Assembly (NCBI RefSeq): GCF_036321535.1
Contig: NC_087437.1
Location: 102,860,001-102,924,000 of the forward strand
From: Camelus dromedarius
Taxonomy: Eukaryota
Reading direction: 5' to 3'
DNA length: 64,000 bases
Each line of letters starts with the position of its first letter. Positions within the stretch are counted from its first letter, which is position 1. The notes below the pieces were generated by a model. The model saw nothing but the letters and a program-made list of their open reading frames with translations. It was not told the DNA's origin and did no database searches. Of the stretch, positions 51,635-64,000 are shown piece after piece. Both the position numbers and the translations under genes were made by a program.

Positions 51635-53728
51635 GGCTTTATTTTTTTAGAGCAGTTTTGGATTCACAGCAAAATTGAGAGGAAAAATTTACTGGAAAAT
51701 ACAGAGATTTCCCATATCCCCCTGCCTCCCATGCATAGCTTTCCCCATTGTCAACATCACTTCTCAGAGTGGTACATTTGTTACAGTAAATGAACCTGTA
51801 TTGACACATCATTTTCACCCAAAGCCTGTAGTTTGAGGTTCTCTCTTGCTGTTGTACATTCTGTGGGTTTGGACAAAAATGTAATGACATATGATGACAT
51901 GTAGCAGCATTATAATGTCATATTTTCACTGTACTCTGTGCTGTCTTTTCATTCCTCCTTCTACCCACCATCCCCTTCCCCATCCCCACCCCTGAACACT
52001 ACTGATCTTTTATTCTCTCCTTATTTTTGCCTTTTCCAGAATAGTTAGAATCATACAGTATGTGGCCTTTTCAGATTGCCTTATTTCAGTTAGTAATATG
52101 CATTTTAGTTTCCTCCGTGTCTTTTCACAGCTTGGTAGCTCTTTATTTTTAATGCTGAACAATATTTTTTGTATGAATGTAACAGATTATCCATTCACCT
52201 ACTGAAAGGGCATTTTGGTTGATTCCAGGTTATGGCAATTATGAATAAAACTGCTATAAATATCAGTGTATAAAATTTTGTGTGGATTTTGTGTCAGCTC
52301 CTTTGGGTAAATGTCAAGGAGCATAGCTGCTGGATCATTTGGTAATACTACGTTTGGTTTTATAAGAAACCTCCAAACTTTCTTCCAGAGTGGCTATGCC
52401 ATTTTTCATTCCTGTTGCTCTGTATCCTTGTCAGCATTTGATGTATTCAGTGTTCTTGATTTTGGCCATTCTAATAGGTGTGTAGTGGTGTCTCATTATT
52501 GTTTTAATTTGAATTTCCCTTATGACATATATTGAGGAGCTTCTTTTCATATGCTATTTGCCACGTGTGTATCTTTTTGGTGGAGTGTCTTTTAAGGTCA
52601 TTAGCCCATTTTAAAATTGGGTTGTTTACTTACTGTTGAGTTTTAAGATTTCTTTCCATGTTTTGGATTATAGTCCTATGCTATTTGTTCCTTTGTAAAT
52701 ACTTTCTCCCTGAAAGTGGCTTCTCATTCCTTTGACAGCGTCTTTGACGGTGCAATTTTTTTTAATTGTAATATTTTAATGAAGTCCAGCTTATCAGTTC
52801 TTCCTTTCTTAAATCATGTCACTGATGTTGTATCTAAAAAGGCACAATTCCTAAGGTTGTCTAGGTTTTCTCCTATGTTATTTTCTAGAAGTTTTATGGT
52901 TTTGCATTTTACATTTAGGTCTATGACCATTTCAAGTTACTGAAAGAGTGTGAGGTATGTATCTAGATTTTTTTTTGCAAGTGGATATCTTGTTGTTCCA
53001 GCACCATTTGTTAAAAAGACTATCTTTGCTCCATGGTTTTGTCATTGTTCCTGTGTCAAAGGACAGTTGTCTCTATTTATGTGGATCTATTTCTAGGTTC
53101 TTTATACTATACCGATGATCTATGCATTTCTTTTTTTGCCAATACCAAATTGAATGGATTATTGTGACTTTATAATAACCCTTAAAGTAGTGTAGCATCA
53201 ATCCACCAACTTTGTTTTTCTTCTTCAAAATTGTGCTGGCTATTCTGGGTCTCTTAATTCTCCATGTAAATTGCAGAATCAGTTTGTCATTATCCACATA
53301 ATAAATTGCTAGGGGATTGATAGGGACTGCATTGAAACTATAGGTCAAATTGGGAAGAACTGACATTTTAACAGTATTGAATCTTCCTATCCATGAACAT
53401 GGACTATTTCTTCAATTATTTAGTAATTTTTTGATTTAATTTATCATAGTTTTGTAGTTTTTCTCATATAGATCTTGTACACTTTTTTTTAGCTAACTAG
53501 GTAATTTGGGGGCATGCTGATAAAAGTGGCATTGTATTTTTAATTAAAAATTCCACTTGTTCATTGTTATATAGGAAAGCAATTGACTTTTGTATGCTAA
53601 CCTTGTGTCCTGCAACCACACTATTATTGCTCATTAGTTCAAGCAGGGTTTTTCTGTTTGTTTGTTTTTACTGATTCTTTTGGATTTTATACATAGACAA
53701 TTATGTGATCTGAGAGCAAAGACAGTTT
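51635..53728 (-). mobile_element. L1MC-like element (3' UTR plus ORF2 3' part)
   Basis: ORF 53073..53366 (MSVLPNLTYSFNAVPI...KRPRIASTILKKKNKVGGLML..FKGYYK...WYW) is decayed L1 ORF2. The 3' UTR resembles the 32465 copy. Confidence 0.92.
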
Positions 53729-54082
53729 GCTCTGATTTTTGTCTTTATAAAACAGTGCTTCCTTAAGCTCAGCTCACTCCAGACACCAGCTGATAGCCAT
53801 CTCCTCTAGGGTCCATCTCTCTAGAACAGAGAAACATGTATTTGTCTCACTTCCAAGCTCTGATCAAGGCCTTTCAAAAAGCAAGCCCTACCACATGCTA
53901 AAGTCTTATCTTGGGAACAGCTGCATTTTATCTTCCCAAGCACAGACTCCATTAATTTTTGGCCTGAAACATAGAAGCAAAATTTCTCCCACTGGTATGC
54001 CTTGACCCGGGCATTCCAATTCTCTCCAATCCACTGTGCAAACTGCCATTATAGCGCTTTTCAAGCCTTGATGTGATAGTAG

Positions 54083-54135
54083 AAAAACAAAACAAAACAA
54101 AATAAACCAAAGAAAACAAACAAACAAACAAAAAC
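54083..54135. repeat. (AAAAC)n/(AAAC)n low-complexity tract
   Basis: Direct reading. Confidence 0.9.
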
Positions 54136-54771
54136 AGGGATCTTAGAACAAGACAGATGTGTTTGACTTGTCTTTCCTACATCTCGTTTTCATTATATGT
54201 AAACTGAGAAAGATAATGATAATCATAGTTCCCAAATCTTAAGCTAAATCTTCTGTTTAGTGTCTTTGTTGCCTGCAACATAGTAGGAATCAATTAATAA
54301 AAACCTGTTCGTATCAATTGACTGGCTGTCTTCCCCACCATTTTGTGAATTAAATGAAAACAAGGGTTGCATCTTTGTCATATTATCACCACCCAAATCT
54401 TCAGCAGTGTTATAAACAGATGACCATATATAGTACCATTAGACTCCAACAGATAATTGCTTTAGCAGTGGCATAGACATATTAAAACATTGGTATATTT
54501 TCGATAATGTTTTTGTTTCAACATTTTGATGATGTTGAAAAGTATTCCCAATCTAATTAAAGCACAATTTTATAATCAAACATTTTCATGCCAAACGATG
54601 TTTCATGTCTCAGTATTTTACTGGCCATTGATTTGACATTGTGGATGTTGACTTAAGTGACATTAAATACCTCCACATTTCCAATGCCATCATTGTAGTA
54701 ATTTTTTTTTCCTACTAATTCATTAGTGTGTATATGCTAGGATATTTTCTCAGTAAAGAATCATTATGTAA

Positions 54772-55556
54772 TGTAATGAGTTGGACTGTGGCCTCCGCCA
54801 GAACCTGTACAAATTATCTTCTTTAGAAAAATATCCTTTGCAGGTTTATTAGGTTTATTATATCTCAGACTGGATGACTTCAACTATAGAAGTTTATCTT
54901 TTCACAGTTCTTCAGGCTAGAAGTCCAAGATCAAGGTGTCAGCAGATTGGGTCCCTTTTGCGGCCATTCTTCCTGGCCTGCACATGACCACCTTCTCCCA
55001 TAAAGGCTTTCCTCTGGGTGTGCACATCCCTGGTGGCTTTTTGTGGGTACAAATTTCTTCTCCTTATAAGGAAATCAGTCAGGTTTTTAGTTCCCAATCA
55101 TATGGCCTCATTTTACCTCAATTTTAAAGACCCTCTTTCCAAATACAGTCACATTCTGAGTACTAAGGATTAGACCTTTTCCACGTATGCATTTTGCAGG
55201 GACACAATTCAGCACATAAAAGCAGATATAATTGAATTAAGGATCTTGATATGAAGATTATCTGTGTGTCCTAAATCCAATGATAAGTGTCCTTCTAAGA
55301 AAAAGATAGAGGGGGCAATTGAGACCCACAGAAAAGAAAGACCACAGAGGCAGAGACTGGGTGATGTACCCACAAATCAAGGAATGCAGACAGCCACCAG
55401 AAGCTGGAAGAAGCTTCTCCCCTAGAGCCTTAGAGGGTGTATGGCCCTGCCGAATTTCAGAACTGTAGGCTCAAGAACTGTGAGATTACACATTTCTGTT
55501 GTTCTAAGCCACCAAGTTTGCAGTAATTTATTATGGCAGCCATAGAACACAAACAC
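54772..55556 (+). mobile_element. MLT1B-like MaLR LTR, interrupted by an MLT1A-like LTR
   Basis: The 5' part ends ...atcctttgcagg and resumes gcagatataatt...cagccaccagaagctggaaga...ttctaagccaccaagtttg...ggcagccatagaacacaaacaca. Confidence 0.8.
54845..55221 (-). mobile_element. MLT1A0-like MaLR LTR
   Basis: ggctagaagtccaagatcaaggtgtcagcag...ccaaatacagtcacattctgag...gggacacaattcagcacataaaa. 5-bp TSD GCAGG/GCAGA. Confidence 0.85.
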
Positions 55557-57449
55557 AGATGTGTTCATGTCTCTAGTCCTTGGCACCTGTGAAGATTTAG
55601 AATGATTTTTCATAAACACCCTTGACCCATTTAGTTTTGTCTGTGGAATGCAAGAAGGAAATTAATGTACATATATATAGTTAAATACACATATATACAC
55701 TTGCATATACATAATTGCAACAATCTACAGATGTTTTTATTTCATTTCCTATCTATATTTGATGTAGGATAAATAATCAAACAGGTTTTTAAATTCCTAT
55801 TTTTAGAATTTCAAGATGCTAGAGGAAAAAAAGAGATTGTTTGAAACTGTGTACAGAAAAGAATCTACAATATACATTTACAAAGAATTGCCAATAACTC
55901 ATATATGCCTAATTTGTATAACAAGGTATTTAAAATGCCAATTAATTCATAACTACTTGGTTCTATGTGTGAAAAACACTAGATACCCTTGTTTGTTAAA
56001 CTCAATGTGCTAAGATTGTTAATTATTAAAATTTAGTTATCTAGCCTAAATAATTATAAAATTACTTACAATTCATATGTTATATATAAAGCGTTCCTTT
56101 GTTAGAAATATACCAGTAACTTCCATTATAAAAAAGTATTTACCATGAACAATTTACTCACTGAAGAAGACAGTGTCTGTAAGAATTTAGAACATGAAAC
56201 AGTGATGGTTCCTAAGATTTATCTAGAGTTTCTGTCTCGGGTATTTTCCTATGGCTAGAATAAGTCATCAGGTTACTATTTAGAAAGTGAGAAAATATGA
56301 AAGTCCACTTTTAAATCATTAGAATTGGTACATTGTTATTGCTCTGTATTCATTTCAGAAGTCATAGAATAATAAGTACAAAGAATAACGTCTTGAAAAA
56401 TAAATAGTACTGAAAATTTAAACAGTTTTGTGGGGTATAAAGACAAATTCTTGCTCACTCCTGGGCACTGAAGCTACAAGGTTCTATTTCAGTAGTGTTG
56501 GCTAGAACATCTGAAAACTCCCATTGGGACTTCTAGGCACAGCAGGTACCTCCAGTAAGCCACAGCATCAGTAACCGATTCTTAGTGAAAATAAAACTAT
56601 TTAAAAAAATGATCATATTAATTCCACCATTCGTGTTCTTTTCCTTTTGGGCTTCAATAAATTATCCTACTGATGTTCACAAGCAACTGCATTATAATTT
56701 TGAAAATACAGAATAAAAAATCACATGAGATTGACAGATTTTTTTCTCAGCCTGTCTTATCAGCTACCTTCTTGAAGTAGGATCTCTAGGGTGCAGAATC
56801 TTGTGCTCTGATTTACAGCTGTTACTTCGCTCAGAGGTGCTCAGCAAGAGCTTACATTATTCTCTAGTGTTCTTTTTCTCACTTTTGTTCAAACCACCAT
56901 GGAGAAAATCTTGAAAAATCACTTCATCTTTTTTTTTTTTAATGACTTTCAACATGCTACAATTCCTGAATCCAAAGATTACTTTTCAAGAATGATCCCT
57001 AATGCAATTTTAAGGAGTCAAATTAATTTGTTAATAATAATCTCTGCAAACTGCTCGGCAGCTGGGGTGCAGAGGGTGCCCTGGGACGGTTTATACAGAA
57101 CAGCAAGAATGGAGAGAAAATAATCTCTTCATTTAACCCTGCTTTGAGACGTACCCTGCCCTGAAGGCCTTTATAACTATCAAAATGGACTATGTATCTC
57201 TAGCCTCAGAGGCAGCAAGCAAATCTGTCTATCGAGGAGGAGAGAGTATTTAAACTCTTCCCATATTTACATAAATATCTTCCCATATTTACACATTTTT
57301 GTAACTTTAATTTTTTGATCCTGATAAAGTTGGAGGACATATTTCATGGTTTCAAAACTTATACTTAAGAAAAATATTCTTCACATTTTGTTGCTAGAAG
57401 ATTTGTAGGGTGGCTGTAAGTGTGTGTATGTAAACATGATGTGATGTAA

Positions 57450-59680
57450 TTTAACACACTCCTCTATTTCCTGTAAATTGCTCTTCCATCCAGGGCACAG
57501 GTTTTTGGGTGTCACCTTTCACGATGTTAGCAGCTGTTGGGGATCTTTGCCTAGATCCATTAATTCACCAGCAGTTAAAAATGGTGGTATTTGAGTTGTG
57601 TCACTCTTTCCTCACGTGTTAGCAGATATTTTTGTAAGTAAAGACATCCCCTCATCAAATTCAGTAGTATCAGAAAGTCAGGATAAATGCTTGGTTCTTT
57701 CTCATCAATTACTCGTTTTCAAAAATCAAGATTTGCTTCACTAGAATCTTCATCAATGCACAATTAGTAGTTTTTATAAACATCATTATTAACTCAGATG
57801 TAAATGGATTTGATGAATTTCAACACACTCGAGTTACTGGTGAGATTTTTTTCAACTTTTGCTCATAGGAGCCTCTTCAATTTAACTAAGTCCTTTTGGC
57901 ACAGCTCTGGCCATCTTTGGTAGCACCCATGCTCTCTGACACATTAGTGTTCCAGGCTTAAGTAGAATCTCTCCTGCCACAGACAAGGAATCAATCATTT
58001 CTCCAAAATGAACTAATTATTTTTAGTGGGAAATTGCATCTGCATGCTATAATCTAGGTGCTAGTTAAGCTTACTACTACTTCATTGAGCTTTGTTTCTA
58101 TGTATTTCAGAGAACAGAGCTAGGAAAACAGGTGACAGCTAACTAGTTAGTTACACAGATGAAATAAGTCAAGAGTTCACCCTGAGTTCTCCAACTCAAA
58201 TTCAGCTGCTAATGGTTTTTGCATAATCTATTCATTTTCTATCTTTGTCTCCTTTCTTCTGCTTTTCAACAACATTGGAAATCACTGAATGAAATTAACA
58301 TTAGCTTTACTCCACAATGCACGTGAAACAGTCAGATAGCAATATAAAATATTTTGTGTGGATTTCCAGGTCAAAAAGCAAAGTAAGTGTATATAATACA
58401 GATGTATGTGTAATATAGGTGCGTGTACGCACATACATCTATAATATACATACTTCTCTCCACTTGTTTCATTTATGATACATGGATATCAAATCATAGT
58501 TATACACAGGAGCATTTATTGTTCGTTAGTAGAGCTGTGATTTTGTAAATATAGCATACTTTATTCAACCGGATCTTCATTGGCAGAAATTTGGATTTTG
58601 CTAGTTTTGGGGGGTCCCACTCCATCACATAGAGTGTTGCAATCACTAACTTAGTTTTCAAAAAATTTTCTTTTAAAAAATATTTTTGCCAGTATACATT
58701 TTAAAAATAGTTCTAGAAGTTATATTGCTGGGTCAGAGGGTAAATGATTACAAAATTTGTTATATATGCCAAATTACTAATATTTATAGTGATGTTATCA
58801 TATTTTCATCCTATAGCAAAATATGAAGGTTCATATTTAACTCCCCCTCAGTTAGCTAAATATGTTTCTAAATTTCCATTTATTTTTCTATGAAGCCTAA
58901 GTTCATTTTTCTATTTTTTTAGGGTTGTTGAAAGTGTTATCTAATTTTAGATGGCTTTTAGTTAGCATATTAACCTTTGATATTTTAAGTTGCAAATATT
59001 TTTCCAGTTTGACATTTGTCTGTTTATTAATGGTGTTTTTGCCATGTAAGTATTTAATGTAATCAAATTTATCTAACTTTTCCTTGTTGCTTCTGGATTT
59101 TGAATTATACATTAAAAATATTTTTCTCTCCTACTTATAGAAAAGCCAACCAAGGTTTCTTCTGTTATGTGTATTGTTTTATCTTTTTATATTTAAATCT
59201 CTAGCCATTTGGAATTTATCCTCATGTATATTGTGAAGAACAGATAGAATTTTACCTCTTTTCCATATGGTTGCCAGTTATCCTAATACCACTTTTTAAA
59301 AAATACATTTTCCCCCTCACTTTTATAAAATGCCATCTTTCTATTTTGACCCTTTGGTTTTTCCATCTATTCTTTCACCCAAAACACATTTTAGAATTTG
59401 GTGCCTCATAGGTCTCTCTTTTTTCCTCTTTTTATTTTTCCTCAGGATATTTTGGCTAATAATTACTTGTAGTTTTTTAAAATAAACATTTCATTCATAT
59501 TCTTATGTTTCAAACAATGAAAAGAAGTATGATTTTATTGGCATTTCCAGAAATGCTTAAATTAGCTCAGAGAAGCTATATCTATGATGTTGAGTCTTCT
59601 ACCCAAAGATATAATGTTCATTTTCTAGTTCTCTGTATCTCCTTTTGTGCCTTTCTGTGATCATTTTTTTCAATATTTCA
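57450..59680 (-). mobile_element. Cluster of old L1MC4/5- and L1ME-like fragments
   Basis: Degenerate antisense L1 text (e.g. ttgctgggtcagagggtaaatg, tttaatgtaatcaaatttatc, gccatttggaattt). ORF 58903..59112 has an ORF2-like KEKLDKFDYIK. Confidence 0.6.
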
Positions 59681-59689
59681 AAGTAAAAT

Positions 59690-59960
59690 TGTTTTACTAT
59701 ATACCAGCATTCTATAACTGAAAAGCAAAAAACAACAACAAAAAACATTTAAAAGGCATTTAACATTACATTTTTAAATGATATATTAATAAATGAGTTC
59801 AAAACCTATACATGGCCAACCAGAACATTGCTGAAAGAAATCAAGTGTGACCCAGACACATGGGGAGAGACACCGTGATCATGGGTTGGAAGACTCAACA
59901 GTATCAAGGTGTCATTTCTTCCCAAATTGAACCATGCATCCCAGTCAATCCCAGTTATCA
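59690..59960 (+). mobile_element. L1 ORF2 fragment
   Basis: acattgctgaaagaaatcaag...tcatgggttggaagactcaacagtatcaaggtgtcatttcttcccaaattg encodes LLKEIK...SWVGRLN.IK.S.LPKL. Confidence 0.75.
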
Positions 59961-62369
59961 TATAATATATATCTATATGTATAGATATTTTAAATTTAGG
60001 ACTTCTATTCATGGCACATCCCCAAGTTAAATCAAACATCCCTGCTTCCACATGCTCAACAAATACTCAGTATATGCCTTCATCATTTCTTCTTCCCTCT
60101 GTGTATTCACAGATTTAACTAGAGACAAAAGAAACAAGACTAGGAAATCTAAGATATCTTGATTGATGAAATGGTTAACCAATAAATGGAGTGTAGGGAA
60201 GTATAGAGAAACATAGGTAGAGAACAAGTCAACGTTTAGTGAAACTTATCTTTGAAAAGTCAGGGATCAGCATGCAAATGCAGAGCAAACCACTGTATGA
60301 TGAGTTGAAAGAATGATCACTGAGGATTGAATAACTTTATTATCACTGGTATGAATATCCTTCAAGCAATACAACTCTGAAAGAATGAAATCCTAGCAGA
60401 GAATTCAAATTGATAACAAATGCAGTTTGATACATCAAAGTCATTTTATTTTTTGATTATTCCACCAAATTTTTCAAAGTTTCTTATCATTGAAAAACAA
60501 GAAATCCTTTGGTAATGAAGACGCAAAAGCAGAATGGAAGCCTTTGAAGCTCATGCTAATATGAATTGCAAATTATTTTTACAATGGCTTCATTCAATAT
60601 AATGAGAAACTGCAACAAAAATTTTGAACTGTATTTATTTGCTTTTGTTTGTAATATTGTCATCTCCTTGACCATTACTTAGATGTTTTTAAATTGAATA
60701 GTTAATATGGAATAGAATATAAATTATCAACTTACTGAAATTTATCTGTGTAATTACAATTATGAAAACAGTCTTTATGTTTTTTTTCCCATGTAATCAT
60801 GAAGTGTGTCTTATACAGAATTAAATATTGATGAAAACTGTTAGATGCTCATGACAGATGACCATGCATAATGATTTGGTTATGTAAGGTAATTTTAGTC
60901 TTTTGTTATTCTCCAATGTTTTAGGAGAGTTTATAAGTCTGTACGCTACAAACAAACCAAAATAGAAAAGGGTAAGAGGATTATTGCAAAAGGGAAATAG
61001 AGATAGTAAAATATGGCTAACACAAGAGAATCTTTCACATAAAGATTTATCCATAAGAGGTTTATGATCTCCAGTATGCATGGAGCAATTCAAGACACTC
61101 AAGATAAAAAGATGAATAAATAAGATTCTTTCTTTAACCCAAGGATTTCAGTCTTGTAGAAAAGACGGGCAATGACTCAGGTGGAGCGTTAAGCACTTAA
61201 CAATAGCAGTGTACTTAAGGAGTTTGGTTAAGTAGTGAAGACTGATTGAATTTGCCTGAGGGAAGCAGGAGCCCCAACAAAGCTTCACAGAGGAGCTGGC
61301 TTCTAGGCAGTCATGATGGCAGTATCTTTAAATAGCTGTTGTGCCTGGAAACGTTTGCAAAAGGTACTTTTTCCTATAGTTTTCAAAAGTAATAATGGAT
61401 AAAGTGAAAATATGAATTGAATAATTTTTATCACTCTGTGCTGTTATAAAATTATTTTAAAATATAAGAATTAAAGTATATGACTAAATATTCATAATAC
61501 TTTTGCTGAATAAATTATTTTAAATATTATTTCTTATACAAATATATTTTAGAAAGAGAATCTGTTTTTCTATTTCTGCTGGTAAAATCACAGCCTTTCT
61601 TTACTTTTAGTTTATATTCAGGGTTGGATTTTTTGTTGTTGTTGTTGTTGCACTGACTATTAACTGTTCAAAATAGCTAATTGTCTTCCTGACTTGAATA
61701 TGACCTGATTCTTTTGCATAGATGTTTAAGTTTTCTGGGGTGATCTTAGATACTCCATATGGACTGAAATTACTTGTAGGTTTGTGCTTAAATATTAGGA
61801 CCACAGAAAATAAAGACTTTCCCTACTTTAAATATTGTTGAACAGAAATGATGTACATCATGGTTTGACAAGAAAGCAGATTATCAAATAGCTTTCACTG
61901 GGAGAGACTTCTTTTTTCTTTGATTGCTATCTAAAGAGATAGTCTCTCTGCAAAAAAATCCATTTCTCCTGTAAGAAGAAGATAGTGTTAAAAATGGAAA
62001 TTTTTAAACAAACCTAAGAAGGCAAATATACAGTATTTAACATGAAAAACTTTCATTTTCTCTTTGGTCTCTTTAAAAAAGTAAAGAATTCTGGCCTACA
62101 GTTTTCTTTGTGGGAAGCTTTTTTGGTAACTGCAGTAAGAAGTATTCACAAGTGTTTAAGTTGTCATAGTTATTAATAGTTCTGAGAATTTTCCTTAGAC
62201 TTCCCAGTAAATTCAGTTGATGTTTGAATCTGTATAAATTCCAGTTGGCTTGAATTGATTTACTAATATATGGATAGTTATTAGAGCAGAAATAAAAGAA
62301 TTGTGGTTCTAAATTTGTTTATTTCATATAATATTTACTATATTTATTTATTTTACTATTAATAGATGC

Positions 62370-64000
62370 ATAGCTAGTTAGTTCTGTTTTTCTCAAATGG
62401 GTATCCAGTTCTTTCAGCAACATTTATTGAAAATCTGTGTTTCCAGATTTAATATCACAAAGCCTTGATGGAAATCAACTAACCATGTATATTGGAGTGT
62501 ATTTCTGAACTCTAGTATTTTTCATTTCTATATGTCTATTCTTGTTCCAACACCAAAGTATCTTGATTTCTATAGGTTTATATACATTTTTGAAACTAGG
62601 TAATACACACTGTCCTTGTACTATTTGCAAAATTGTTTTGGCTATTCTAGGTCTTCATTTTTCACATAAATTTAGAGATTTCATGGCAGTTTACTCACAA
62701 AAATAATGTCTACAGGAAATTTGGAGAGGATTGCATTGAATTTATAGATCAATTTTTTCAATTTATTTAGCTCTTTTTAAATTTATCTCAGAAATTTTTT
62801 TCTCACATATGTTGACCTGAAACAAATACACTGCAAGGTATTTCTCCAGTGAAGATGGATCATCAGAGAATTGCAGTTTAGTGTCTGCAACCATGGCAAG
62901 CCCAGTGTGGGTCCCAACATGGCAAGTGAAGGAGAACACTTTTATAGAAAAGAAAAGGAAGTTGAGAGGGCTGTAAAAACAACGGAGTCTGTGGCTTTAC
63001 ATTGGATGAGTCCTTGCCAGGAATGGAGAGGGGTCTGAGAGCGCCCCCTTCTGGTGTCCCAACTCTATTTAATTGAGGTTTCTGTTTATTAACTGTTTAC
63101 ACATATATTTTGTTAAACTTCTCCATAAATGCCTCATGTTCTTATTTTATTATAAAAGGTATTTTTATAGCAAAGATATACTTCTTTACTGATAACAGGA
63201 AGATAATATTTTGTATATTGGTCTATGCTTTGCAAACAGATTTACTTATTAAAATTCATAGTTTTGTAAGTAGTTTCTGTGAGTTCGTTACAAGTCATCT
63301 GTGACTTAGTTTTACTTCTTACCAATCTTTAGAGTTTTCTCCTTGTTTATTTATGTTCTTTCCCATTCCACTGCTTAGGAACGCCAGGACACTGTTGAAT
63401 AGAAGTGGTGAGACCAGACATCCTTGTCTTGTCCCTGAGTTTATGGAGAAAGCATTCAGACTTTCACCATTAAATACAATGTTAAGTGTAGGTATGGTGA
63501 TGATGTCCTTTTTTAGATTGTTGAGATGTTCTTCTTAGTTTAATGAGATATTTTATCACTAATGGATGTTGAATTTTGTCAAATGCTTTTTTGGTGGCTA
63601 TGCAAATGATCATATGATTTTTCTCTTTTATTTTATAAATGTGACAACTTACATTGTTTGATTTCCAATCCTGGGACAAATTCTGCTTGGTCAGGGAATA
63701 TTATTCATTTTAATATCTTGTTGGATTTGCTATGGTAATGTTTTCTTTTTGATTGTCATGTCTATGTTCATGACTACTGTTATTTTCAGTAATTTTTTTT
63801 CCTGCATTTGGTATAAGGGTAATGCTGTCTTTATAAATCAGTTGAGAACTGTTCTCTGCTTTTGTTTCCTGAATTTATATGAGTTTGATGCTTTTTTTTA
63901 AGTAGTTGATAAAATTCACCAGAAAAGTTATCTTGATATGGACTTTGCTTTGGGGATTTTTTTTTTTTTTGATATTGGCTTTATTCTATGTGTTGTGCAG
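62370..64000 (-). mobile_element. Old L1 ORF2 region (RT domain remnant), interrupted by an LTR; runs off the window end
   Basis: ORF 63482..63679 contains [20 protein letters not shown], the L1 RT motif [20 protein letters not shown]. Confidence 0.85.
62810..63101 (-). mobile_element. Short solo LTR, ERV1-like
   Basis: TG...CA termini. Perfect 4-bp TSD CATA (62806-62809 and 63102-63105). Antisense TATAAAG at ~62939-62945. Sits inside an L1. Confidence 0.8.

Noticed and set aside
53073..53366. 97-aa ORF as a host gene
   Set aside because: Decayed L1 ORF2 fragment.
56893..57123. ORF with a strong Kozak context (ACCACCATGG)
   Set aside because: It runs through a poly-T tract, the peptide is unrecognisable, and there is no promoter or splice context. 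Compatible with chance.
58400..58440. Hairpin AGATGTATGTG/CACATACATCT
   Set aside because: Arises from alternating purine-pyrimidine low complexity.
1..64000. CRISPR arrays, operons or other prokaryotic-type systems
   Set aside because: The sequence is mammalian repeat-rich non-coding DNA, with no spaced direct-repeat array and no long ORFs.

Overview
AT-rich, CpG-poor mammalian non-coding DNA. It is most likely camelid (Camelus/Vicugna/Lama), because it carries a tRNA-Ala-derived vic-1-type SINE and cetartiodactyl-type L1 3' ends, and I saw no Alu, B1, Bov-A or PRE-1 elements. I recognised no protein-coding exon, genuine RNA gene, CpG island or CRISPR array. The supplied ORFs are chance frames, low-complexity frames or transposon remnants (L1 ORF2, a Tc1/mariner transposase). 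The window is a mosaic of old and young interspersed repeats (L1, L2, MIR, MaLR/ERVL/ERV1 LTRs, hAT and Tc1/pogo DNA transposons) and microsatellites, with a few repeat-poor blocks. The long L1s lie mostly on the minus strand, which would fit an intron of a large + strand gene (inference). Highlights: an in-frame fossil Tc1-like transposase segment, several nested insertions with readable TSDs, a ~290-nt pure polypyrimidine compound repeat, two LTR-borne CTCF-like motifs, and some candidate micro-exon or recursive-splice signals that need RNA data. I found no well-supported novel biological system. Repeat subfamily names come from recalled consensus similarity, not a database search, and boundaries of old repeats are approximate.
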